Source: Parasitella parasitica NRRL 2501 (lineage: Eukaryota > Fungi > Mucoromycota). From it: a stretch of 64,000 bases of DNA. The notes beneath the pieces are model-generated. The model made no database searches and was not told the DNA's origin. It was given only the letters and a program-made list of their open reading frames with translations. Location: contig MU619320.1 of the NCBI GenBank assembly GCA_025201805.1, positions 84,609 to 148,608 on the forward strand. Direction: 5' to 3'. A program made the position numbers and the translations under genes. This document shows, piece after piece, positions 25,106 to 35,136 of this stretch. Within the stretch, counting starts at the first letter, position 1; every line of letters starts with the position of its first letter.

Positions 25106-27120
25106 TTACGCTTTCTGGAACTTTTCATTAGAGTGAATGGAAACCACTTCGACATCGTTGGTGGCGCCAGCAGGAGAAGCACCATAACGAACATTTTTGA
25201 AGAAAAGAGTGAGGATGAAACCTAAAGCAGCAGCGGCAATAGGCAATATGAATACAATATGAAGAGCATCAGAATATGCTTTCACAACGGGTGTTTGGAT
25301 GTCCAAAGGCATATTGCGGATAAACAGATAGTTTTTGAGAGCGCCATATTCATTAGCTGTAGCTAGCACTTGCAAAGGTAGCTTGGCAAACTCTTTTTTC
25401 AGGAATATTTGAAAGAGTACTTGATAAATGGCAATACCAATAGAAGAAGCGAGCATCATAAAGAAATTGTTGGAACTCGTGGCAACAGCAATATCTCTCA
25501 ATTCAACACACGATTGTACCGTCAAGATTGCGTTTTGTTGAGAGAGGCCGAATGCAAAACCACAGAAGGCGAGATAACCAGCTTGCTGGCCCCAGGAGCT
25601 ATTTTCATTGACAGTGTAGAAAAGACCATAACCCAGTAAATTGCAAGCCGACCCGATGACGAGATAATACTTGGTGTTGGGATACTTTCTAAGAAGGATA
25701 CCACATCCGACAGAGCCACCGATGAGACAGACCATGAAAGGGATAAGGCGAAGACCAGAGTTGGTACTGTTAACACCGTACACAGCTTGAAAGTAGACAG
25801 GGCCAAAGTACAAGGTTCCAATGAAGGTAAGACCCAAACACATCATATAGCCATAAACAAGAGTGACGGGGGGATTCAACAAAACTCTACCAGGCAAAAG
25901 AGGTTCCTTTGAAATCCATCCTTCAGAGATAACCAAACAAATAAATGAAACACCAGCAGCAACAAAGGGACCTACAGAGTGAGCACTGCCCCATCTTTAA
26001 GAGAATGTATTAATACATAGAGTACATTTTGATTATAACGAAATAGCATTCATACCCATAAGAGCCTCCCCAATTAAGAGCCAAAAGTAAACAGACAATA
26101 AAACCAATGGCGAAAAGAGTGCCTAGCCAGTCAATACGCTTCAACTTTTGTACAAACGACTCTTGTTCAGTCTTTGTAGGTTCTTTTAAAAAGAACAATA
26201 TGACTGTAAATGCGATAACTGCAAGGATGACGTTTAGCCAAAAATCCCAATGCCAGGAAGCATGATCGACAAAGGCGCCACCTTTATTCACACTAACGTT
26301 TAGTACATGAAACTCCGTCAGATCAGATCAAGAAAGTCTTACCTAAAAGAGGGCCCACTACACTAGCAATACCGTATACAACAGCAAGCATAGATTGGAA
26401 GCGGGGGCGCAAAGGGACAGGAGCAACGTCAGTGACAAGGATGAATGTCATTGACATGACACCGCCACCGCCAAAACCTTGAATGGTTCGACCGGCTATC
26501 AACATGTTGATGTCCTTGGATAGGGCATTAATCAAAGAGCCAAGAAAGAAGAAGACGATACCAAACATAAACACAGCTTTTCTGTAAAAACAAAATATTA
26601 GGATTCATTGTACAGAATATCTGAAAAAAAAAGAAAAGAAAGTGCTGTAATACCTTCCAAAAATATCTGAGAACTTTTTTGTTATATGGAATTAGTCAAG
26701 TGTGTGATTTTTTTTTTGTGTTGAAAAACTTACTTTGCCGGCTAATGGCTGGAACGAATTTACAGCTACAAGATAGGCAGTAGCGATCCATGTTTGCTGT
26801 TCAATAGCATTGAGTTCAGTAGCGATTATACTCATTGCAGGCGCAACCACAGTAGAGTTTAAAGACATCATGAACATGGCAAAGATGATGCCAGTCATGA
26901 CAAGGGAGAACTGAATCAATTCTCGCTTTGATTTGAAATTAGGCTCTTTGCCTGTTTTCTCTACTTGTTTTTCAGCGTCTACCGTAGCTGCGTTTTCTTG
27001 CGAATCAGCATTGGAGGATTGATACAAGTCCTCAATTGATTGGTGCATATTGGCCTGTTCCGTCATTGTCACCGTGTTGGTTGAGGTATATTTCTCATCA
27101 GTAGTATTTTCTGATGCCAT
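25106..27120 (-). CDS. MFS drug:H+ antiporter, DHA2 (14-TMS, EmrB/QacA-like)
   Basis: MASENTT start; MSLNSTVVAPAM; WIATAYL; GK|FSDIFGR|K motif A (20-nt micro-exon 26654-26673); GRTIQGFGGGG; GPLLGG; SWHWDFWLNV; RIDWLG. Confidence 0.93.
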
Positions 27121-28859
27121 TTGTTTGAATAGAAAAAGGAGACCAAGAGCAAAGAAAGGGAAATGAGCATTCTGCCATAGCAGATTCAAATCATTTTATA
27201 CTCATGAGTGAGATGGAAAGAGAAAACATGAGGACAAGAGTAACAATGTCGCACCGGTTGAAGGTACAGCCGATGTTATTCGGTCCATGACTGGTGGGAT
27301 TGCCTTGTGTGCTACAGAAGCCCGAATATATCGGTCTTAATGTTCAGCCATGAATCAAAATGCTCAAAATATGCGATCTCATTTTTTTGATCTATAAATA
27401 ATGATTGATTTGTCAACAATGCACTACTTACTTTACTTGATAGAGCTCGATACGAAAAGAACCCTCACCAAGCCAGGGAAAATTTTTAATCAAATGATTG
27501 CTGTGTGTTGAATGAAACAGTATTAGCTATGCACTCACTCCACATATCACAAATGACATTACTGATTTTAGATCTGGACATCTTGCTAAAATGATGTTGC
27601 ACAGTAAAAACCAAGTTCCCCCCCCCCCAATTCCCTCTTTCTTATTACTGATTGAGCTACGTATTATAAGAGTATTTAGGCCATATTAAAGAGGCAATTG
27701 CAGTTCGGAGAAAATAAGGAAGGAGAAGATGATTTAGTGAGTAAAGTGTAATCTGCAAAATTAATTAGAGGAATCACAGAAGGAAATGTCATTAACCCTC
27801 TTTACGGTCTCACAAACATTCGAACGTCAACTGAAATACGCAGCTCTAGACATATAGATACAGTTGCTGTTCTATCAAAGGTAAATCCAGGTAAACATTG
27901 GCAACTTGGATATAAATTTTGGTGAGATTTAAGCGCGAAGAATCTCTGCAATGTCGTTAATAAATGCCATAGGCCATAAGACACGTTGCCATCATTTTTT
28001 TTCCAGACGACTAGTAGAATCAATCGAGAACAGACAAACAGGGTCCTTCGTCGGCTGACGTCTATTCACATTTAAACATAATCAATAGGTTGATCTGGGA
28101 TCAATATTTATTATTATTAGTAGCATCGAAAACATGCAATTACTTGGTAAAAGTGTTTCTTCACTTTTTTGGGTATCGATCATTGTATGGTTGTATAGAT
28201 TTGCCGAGGTTTTTGTAACACAATACAGACATGGTCCACTGATATTTTCAGTGACCAAGACTGAAAAGTGTACAACATGATCAAATGGTGTGGACTCAGA
28301 GTTACAACGAGTCCGAGAGCGCTATAACGTCGTAAACTGAAAAATTAACTTCTTTGACGGACTATTATCCAACATTACTAAATCCATTCCCGTAGCTTTA
28401 TAATTGACCCAACATGTTGGATTCATTATCGGATTTTTTTATTTTTGATGAAATAATAGGAGAAAAGCGTGATTTTTATGAGCAGATCGGCAGCAAGGCG
28501 TGTCGCCCAAATTTTCAATTAATATGTACCATAAAGAAAAACGTGGTCTGAGGAAGAGCCAATACGTGGAACTTGCCTTTAGTGATCGCTTATATTTAAG
28601 GTGTACAACGACAAGCCCGTCTCCATCGGTTTTGTCAGAGAAATTCGGCTTTCGAAGATTTCTGCGATGACAAAATACCCTTCTATTAAGCATTTAGGCC
28701 AATCTATCAAAAACTCAATAAACAAGGGCAAGATGTCTAAATTGGAAATCGAGATCTCAATCTGACAAATGGGTTTGCGTACATTACACGCGGGGCGGAT
28801 GATTATCAAATTTCTGATCTAGTGCATAGTCGTTATCTGTCCAAAAAGATAACTGTATA

Positions 28860-29008
28860 CACTATTTTCACAAATTAAGTTCGCACTTTTGGAAAAAAAA
28901 AGTACGCAAAAAAAAATTATTATTTTTCGCGGAAGTTGAAAAAAAAAGTGCGTATTTTATGGAATAAAAAGTTCGCAGGCAGAAATAAAAAAAGTTCGCA
29001 TATTTTGA
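28860..29008. repeat. Terminal inverted repeat of Tc1 element (transposase 3' side)
   Basis: Inverse of 30372-30520; outer ~60 bp identical; three internal aagttcgca motifs. Confidence 0.95.
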
Positions 29009-29030
29009 GTGCGCAAAATGCGAATTTTAT

Positions 29031-30329
29031 TTAAATCGGTTTGCGATCAAAACAGTCTTGAAACTTATTAGCAGAATATCTGCAGAATCCCTCCAAATCT
29101 GTGAAGAGGATTTGGTTACATGAATCCCCAATACGTGTACTCAATGTTTCTTCGTCCAAAAGGGGGACTCTTTTTAATCTGCTTTTACAGACAGACCAAA
29201 ATTGCTCGATTGGATTTAGTTCTGGAGAATATGGAGGAAGGTATACGCATCCATATCCTCTGCTTTCAATATACTTTTGAATCTCACTGTTTGTATGAAT
29301 TGGTGCGTTATCCATGATCAAGTAATAACCTTTAAATTCTTCGTGTTTATCCATTACATCCATTGTGCTGCTGAGAAAGTTAAAGTAATGACCGGTAACT
29401 GTTCCTGTGGTTGTCTTTACAGCACCCGATCCGGCTGTTTTTCTTTTCTTTGAAGCAGCAAGAGCTCTTGGTCGTCTCACAGTAACGTTAACAATTCCTC
29501 GAGCACAGATGGCTCCTAGAATTGTTGTTGTTTTGGCCCTGGTTTCGGGAATTTTGACAACAGCACGAGTACCAACTTTGGACCAAGCAAACGAACGCTT
29601 CATATTTATGTGAAAAGCTGCTTCATCGATAAACACACAATTACTCATGAAATCCATATCCGTCTCACTCCACTTTGTCACCCATTGGAATCTGTTTTCG
29701 ATCTTCTCGGGGCTATTTCTATCCACAGAATGAAAGTGTGCTCGCTTGAGACTGATTTTGCACTCCTTAGTCATGAAGTTATAAAGGCCAGTTGTTGATA
29801 TTTTTATCTCGGAAAACTGATTCGTCAAGCTATCCATAACTTCATCCAGCACCAAAGAGGGCTTTTCGTCAATCAAATCAATCAAAAACTTTTGGTGCTC
29901 ACTTCCAAGTATTGGGGGTCGTCCAACGGGTCTGCCGCTACCTTTTTTCCTTTCAATAAAATCCTGTGGATCTTCCTCGTTCATTTTTACCCATTTTTGC
30001 GCAGTACGAGGCTTGATATTCAGCTTCAAAGCAGCCGCCCTAGCACTCATACCCTTTTCAATAACAAGCTCCAAAAGCTTTTCTTTCTCGCTATCTTTAT
30101 AGTGCTGATATGATCTGCCTATGGTATCATTGGTGGGCTCTTTCTGAGGCTTCTTCTTTACGTTTTTTACTTCTTTCTCGGGTGGTTTCAGGTCCACGTA
30201 GCGGTCGTAGTTGGTAACCAGTTCGATTGGGAACGCTTCGGTATCAACATCCATTTCAACCACTGCAACTTCTAAACCATCGTCATTGAAAAGGTTTCCT
30301 TGTCCGTCTTCGTGTACAAAGTTGCTCAT
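29031..30329 (-). CDS. DD34E transposase with N-terminal HTH domains
   Basis: Uninterrupted ORF (ATG 30329, MSNFVHED); HTH GMSARAAALKLNIKPRTAQKW; GRP AT-hook-like motif; catalytic FIDE, MDNA, PPYSPELNPIE with 34 residues between the second D and E. Confidence 0.95.
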   Translation of the reverse strand: MSNFVHEDGQGNLFNDDGLEVAVVEMDVDTEAFPIELVTNYDRYVDLKPPEKEVKNVKKKPQKEPTNDTIGRSYQHYKDSEKEKLLELVIEKGMSARAAALKLNIKPRTAQKWVKMNEEDPQDFIERKKGSGRPVGRPPILGSEHQKFLIDLIDEKPSLVLDEVMDSLTNQFSEIKISTTGLYNFMTKECKISLKRAHFHSVDRNSPEKIENRFQWVTKWSETDMDFMSNCVFIDEAAFHINMKRSFAWSKVGTRAVVKIPETRAKTTTILGAICARGIVNVTVRRPRALAASKKRKTAGSGAVKTTTGTVTGHYFNFLSSTMDVMDKHEEFKGYYLIMDNAPIHTNSEIQKYIESRGYGCVYLPPYSPELNPIEQFWSVCKSRLKRVPLLDEETLSTRIGDSCNQILFTDLEGFCRYSANKFQDCFDRKPI

Positions 30330-30371
30330 ATTGTGAACTTTTGCTTTTTCGAACAATGCGAATAATTTTAA

Positions 30372-30520
30372 TCAAAATATGCGAACTTTTTTTATTTTTG
30401 TTTGCGAATTTTTTATTTCGTGATGTGCGCACTTTTTTTTTGAAGTTCCGCGAAAATTAATAATTTTTTTTTGCGTACTTTTTTTTTCCAAAAGTGCGAA
30501 CTTAATTTGTGAAAATAGTG
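30372..30520. repeat. Terminal inverted repeat of Tc1 element (transposase 5' side)
   Basis: Reverse complement of 28860-29008. Confidence 0.95.
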
Positions 30521-31232
30521 TACAGACGCCGCCAGAACATAAATATTACAATGCCAGTGTCCTTCTTTCTGCTTTTCATGCTCGACAGAATAAACATGTC
30601 TCTTATTAGTACAGTTTCCATGCCAAAAACTACGGTTAAATAGCAATATACCGCCATCAAAAACCCGTTTCCATCGAAACAGTTGGTTGTTTGCTACGAC
30701 ACAGATGTGATCGTTGTTCAAAAAGTCCTGAAAGCCTTCAAACATTTGATAGCGAGCTATCCTTAATGGTCGAATCGCATTGCTCTTGTCTCGTTTGTCG
30801 CTACAACCGAGACCCCTTCCATCACAGAAAACGTACACCTGTATTCCGCTGCTGATCAGCAAGTGCGTGACACAATGGAGGCATTGGCTGCTATCAAGAT
30901 CTCACTCTTGTCCACGTCACTTGATAACAGCAACATTACAAACGACACAGTTCCTACGCTGGTCGCAGGATCTCGTGCTCAATATCCAAATCAAATTGCT
31001 GTTGATACATCAAACTACAAACAAATAGCAGATGCACTAAGCATCGCACTTGTAAGTATTGAAAGTGATTTCTTTTTGTTTTGTGCTAGGATTCGGTTTA
31101 TTCTAAAAACCATCTTAAAAATCGCCAACTATGGAGTAGAATGAAAATCTTGAAAAAAGTTTTTTTTTTCTTCTTCTTCTTCTTCTTTACTTGATTATCG
31201 TTATATTTCCACTCACCTATTTTATCTCTTTT

Positions 31233-32158
31233 ATGGAACAAAAGTCGACTCAACAGTTGGATACCTCCGTGCTACTCAACGCCTACAAGAACACTCAACG
31301 GCGCCTGTTTTTGTTTGACTACGATGTAAGTTTTTAGCAAGAAACTCGGAAATTGATTGTTAACATGTATGGAAAAATAAGGGGACTTTGACGCCTATTG
31401 TAAGCAATCCTGCAGATGCCCAACCCACACCAACGCTGCTGAATTATTTAAACGAGCTCTGCAAAGACCCTTCTAATACGGTTTGGATTATTTCTGGTAG
31501 AGACCAAGTATTTTTGGACACATATCTTGGAAAAATTCCTCGATTAGGCCTTAGTGCCGAACATGGTTCATTTATGAAAAAGGCAGGCTTGAATGACTGG
31601 GTCGATATGCTCAAAGATGCTGATATGTCTTGGAAAGATACCGCCTTGAAAATTTTTGAAAAGTATACCAGCTGCAACCCAGGAACAGTGATTGAGCAGA
31701 AAAAATCATCAATTACCTGGCACTACCGCAACGCTAATAATACCGAAGAAGCGTAAGTTTTTTTATGCGCATGCAAAGCCAAAGCAAAACAGAATCTAAC
31801 CATGTGCGTATCTATACGCAGTGAACGGCAATCTATGTTATGCCATAAGGAGCTGATGGAAATACCTGGCGTCGATATCTTGGTCGGTAAAATGAACCTA
31901 GAAGTGAGATCTTTGCTTGTAAACAAGGGCGAAGTTGTGAAACGTATCAACCAAAAGCAAGAATCTGACTTCATCATGTGCGCTGGCGACGACCAAACAG
32001 ACGAAGATATGTTTAATGTCCTCAAAGACGACGACAAAGCATTTTGTGTGTCGGTCGGCCCTTTATCAAAGATCACGTTAGCAAAATACAGCGTCGATCA
32101 TAGCGAAGATGTCGTAAATATCATTGGACAATTAGTATCAAACAGCAGCGTATTATAG
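31233..32158 (+). CDS. Trehalose-6-phosphate phosphatase (HAD) domain, apparently standalone (3 exons)
   Basis: Exons 31233-31325, 31382-31752, 31822-32158 give MEQKS..RRLFLFDYD|GTLTPIV..WIISGRD..LSAEHG..TWHYR..GKMNLEVR..NKG..CAGDDQTDEDMF. All HAD motifs intact. Confidence 0.88.
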
Positions 32159-32663
32159 ATTTTACGTAGATTTATAGATTATTTGAGCCCTACAGCTCTT
32201 AATGTTATTATTATTATTTTGAATTAATACACTCCTCTTCCTGCTTATCAAGATATGCTGTACACATACTACAAGATCCAAGCGATTTTCTCATTTTCGG
32301 AGCTCTGTCGACACAACGTCTCCAATAATAATTTAATATAATGATAACGTATAACGAATCTATGTACTTTAGTTTAAAAGCATTCAGCTTTTGGGTAAAT
32401 TGTTCAAATCGAAAGCTGCTTTGAGCAAATGATATCCTTTGTCCAGACAAGTGAATTGTTTTCGGGTGATGCGTTCTATCAATGCACAAAGGACTTGGTT
32501 ATATACCAAACATCTATCAGCGTCTACTCAACTTACCATGTTTGGTGAAGTCGCAATGTAGACAGACCCTCTATAGACAACTTTGGAACCGTTTTTATAT
32601 GTTCTAGAGCCGGTCCATCTACTATTATACTTGCAATTAATACCTGTTCCGATGGGATCTATG

Positions 32664-34918
32664 TTAAATAGAACAAGTTAAGGTGTTGTGCTGATTCATA
32701 TTATATGTTAGGCCCTTACTCTGCATTGATCTAGCGGCAAAAGCTACAGGACATATAACACCCTTGACCCAAACATCAGCAGGGCCACCAGGGATGTCGT
32801 TGACCGTCCACCATTTAGCGGTCCAAATAGAACCCGAATAGGTTACTTGATTGTCTTTGACATATGTAGCGGAAGAGGACCAAGCAGCAGTGTCAGAGCA
32901 AGCATTTACTGGAGTAGTGGACGCAGCCTCAGTAGTGGTAATAACCTTTGTAGTACTAGATAAGGTGGTGACAGTAGTAGTAGTAATTTCAGATATACTT
33001 GCAGAGGTCATTGACGTAGCAATTGTTGTGGCGCTAGCCTTTGTAGTAACAAAGCTGATACTGTTGTTGTTGTCTCCTCCACCAAGGGTACCGCCAGCGC
33101 AACTACTTACTATTTATGATTTTATATGCAAATATGAGAATTATGTATCTTGCTATAACATCAGGACATCTTTACCTGGAGACCAATCGCTGTTAAAACT
33201 ACCAGAAGGTGCTTGCGTAGCATACCATTTAGCCTATATTAAGCAAAATTTTAGCGGAATCCCTTCTATGGATTTTTTGAGCTACTTACGGTCCACATAT
33301 AGCTATATATCGTCGAAAATGAATAGTATCAAAACGTTAGTATATCTGTATATGACTATAAATGAAAAGTTACCCACTAGTTTGAAGGTATTAGTGTTTA
33401 AAACTATACAAGAGCTTGATTGAGAGCAACTTACTCGTATGACACAGTTGATCCACCTGGATAGCTGTTTCCAAAAACAAAAGCAGGTGCAGTGCAAGTA
33501 GGATAAATGAAGGAACCATCGCATTTCTTTCCTGGTTTGAGAGCAGCTTTGAGAGAAGCATCAATCCTATTATTCTTGTAAGCTTGCGAGGCATCCCAAA
33601 ACATGACACCGCCAAAACTAGGGAAACTATCGCGCATCGCCACAGCAATGTTTGCCAATGTACTAGCAGACACATAGCCGCCGCCAGCAGCAGATCCACT
33701 TGCAGGAGCGCCGATATAAATCTTGACGTTCTTGTTAGGAGAGATAGTGCGAGCCCAGATGTCCCAAATACCAAAGTTCCATTGAGAAACAGAGTTATAG
33801 TTTTGAAGGCCACAAGGATTGTTGTCTAGTGGGATGCTTTAGTATAACTAATGTATTTATACCAATAGTTGTGCATTTACATACAGAATTGAACATATAC
33901 AGCATCAAATGGATATGCATTCAATGTTTGCTGAAGGCTAGCATCAGGGTAAACGCATTGCGGAGCAGCAGTAACATAATACTTTTTCTTGGCAGCAGAA
34001 AAGTAAGAGTTAAGTCTGGTAAGGAAATTTACATAATCTGTCGTAAAACGTGTTAAATTCATGCAAAACGAGCATTACATGTGTGACAAAAGTAGACTTA
34101 CAACTTGGGCTGCCACCTTCAATATCAAGGTCGACTCTAATACCAGTATAAGTAATCTATAGGTTTGTTTATGTATACGGGACATGATTACCCATCGAGA
34201 ATAGCATCTCCAAAGGGTCTAGTAGACGAAATACCGCCGAAAAAGAGGTTCCACAAAGTGTCTGCAAATGCCAAAGCTTGTTCTTCGCTTTGGAAACCTG
34301 CATTTTGCCACATTAAAATAACTACCATTCATTGATTATGCATACCATTACCTGCTGATCCAGTAGCACCGCCCAGAGAAAGAGTGATCAATTTACCTTT
34401 ACTTTGACAGTAGTCGATTTCAGGTGCAATATCTTGGCAGTTGGCCAAACCAGTGCCGGGGAAAGTAGTGTTATCAACCGAGTTACAATACTAGATTACA
34501 TTATCTTTAAACAACGTATCATAAAATTAGCTATATATACACGCATACATTGGCCAAGTTTATCTGCGGCTCTCCGCCAACGCCAAAGAAGTGGGTCAAA
34601 AAGGCAATTGGAAGAACGTCGATGGCATCATCATCACAATAGAACTTTAAGGGCTGCTGCCAACCAGAGACATCGCTGCCATTTGCAGCACCATATGAGT
34701 TCTGGCCCCAGTCTATAAATTTAGTCAAGCATGAGTATATCAATAGCCTGAAATTTTTGTTATTACAAATTACAGTCAACAATGTTGTCATTGCATTGAT
34801 TCTATATGGACTGGTAGTATTAGCGGCTATATTGAATGCAGAGAAAAAGGGACCTTACATTATAAGCACTCGCAATGCCAATTGCTCCAACAGAGACCAA
34901 TGAAAAGATAATCTTCAT
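32664..34918 (-). CDS. GH18 class III (Cts1-like) chitinase with two CBM5/12-type chitin-binding modules
   Basis: Signal peptide [14 protein letters not shown]; YWGQNS; LSLGGA; [10 protein letters not shown]|VDLDIEGG (DxxDxDxE); TAAPQC; VYVQF; [10 protein letters not shown]; Thr-rich linker; AKWY and AKWW motifs. Confidence 0.93.
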
Positions 34919-35136
34919 TTCAATTCAAGAAAACTCTGCAAAGACAGGAAACGAAGAAAATAACAAGCGAAATCTAGTTCTGCCTGGATTTTATAAGAAA
35001 AATAATTTCCTTATTCAAATGAAGATCGAGACAAACGTAACATCATTGTAGTATGTGTTGATTGCAATTATGTCCAGAAGTATGTGAAACGTTACTTTTT
35101 AGAAAATTATCTAACATCAACTTGAAGGGAATTTTT

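Larger units (their letters stand above)
28860..30520 (-). mobile_element. Complete Tc1/IS630-family DNA transposon (1661 bp) with ~149-bp TIRs and TA target-site duplication
   Basis: TA at 28858-59 and 30521-22; termini cactattttcacaaattaagttcgcac... / ...gtgcgaacttaatttgtgaaaatagtg; intact transposase ORF inside. Confidence 0.97.
28560..31060 (+). pseudogene. Decayed trehalose-6-phosphate synthase-like (GT20) N-terminal domain of a TPS2-type gene, interrupted by the Tc1 element
   Basis: Relic motifs in order: FEDFC (~28655), FHAKNY (~30615), LVVCYDTDVIVVQKVLKAFKHLIASYP*W (30683-30769; cf. QKLxAFExFLxxYPEW), LYSAAD..VRDTM (~30838), AG..IAVD..NY.QIADALSIAL (~30965-31050). Many stops and frameshifts; 5' limit uncertain. 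Confidence 0.75.

Noticed and set aside
30863-31144. 93-aa ORF as an independent gene
   Set aside because: Remnant of the decayed TPS-like domain.
25106-34918. Secondary-metabolite or functional gene cluster (MFS, TPP, chitinase)
   Set aside because: No backbone enzyme or shared pathway; adjacency looks incidental.
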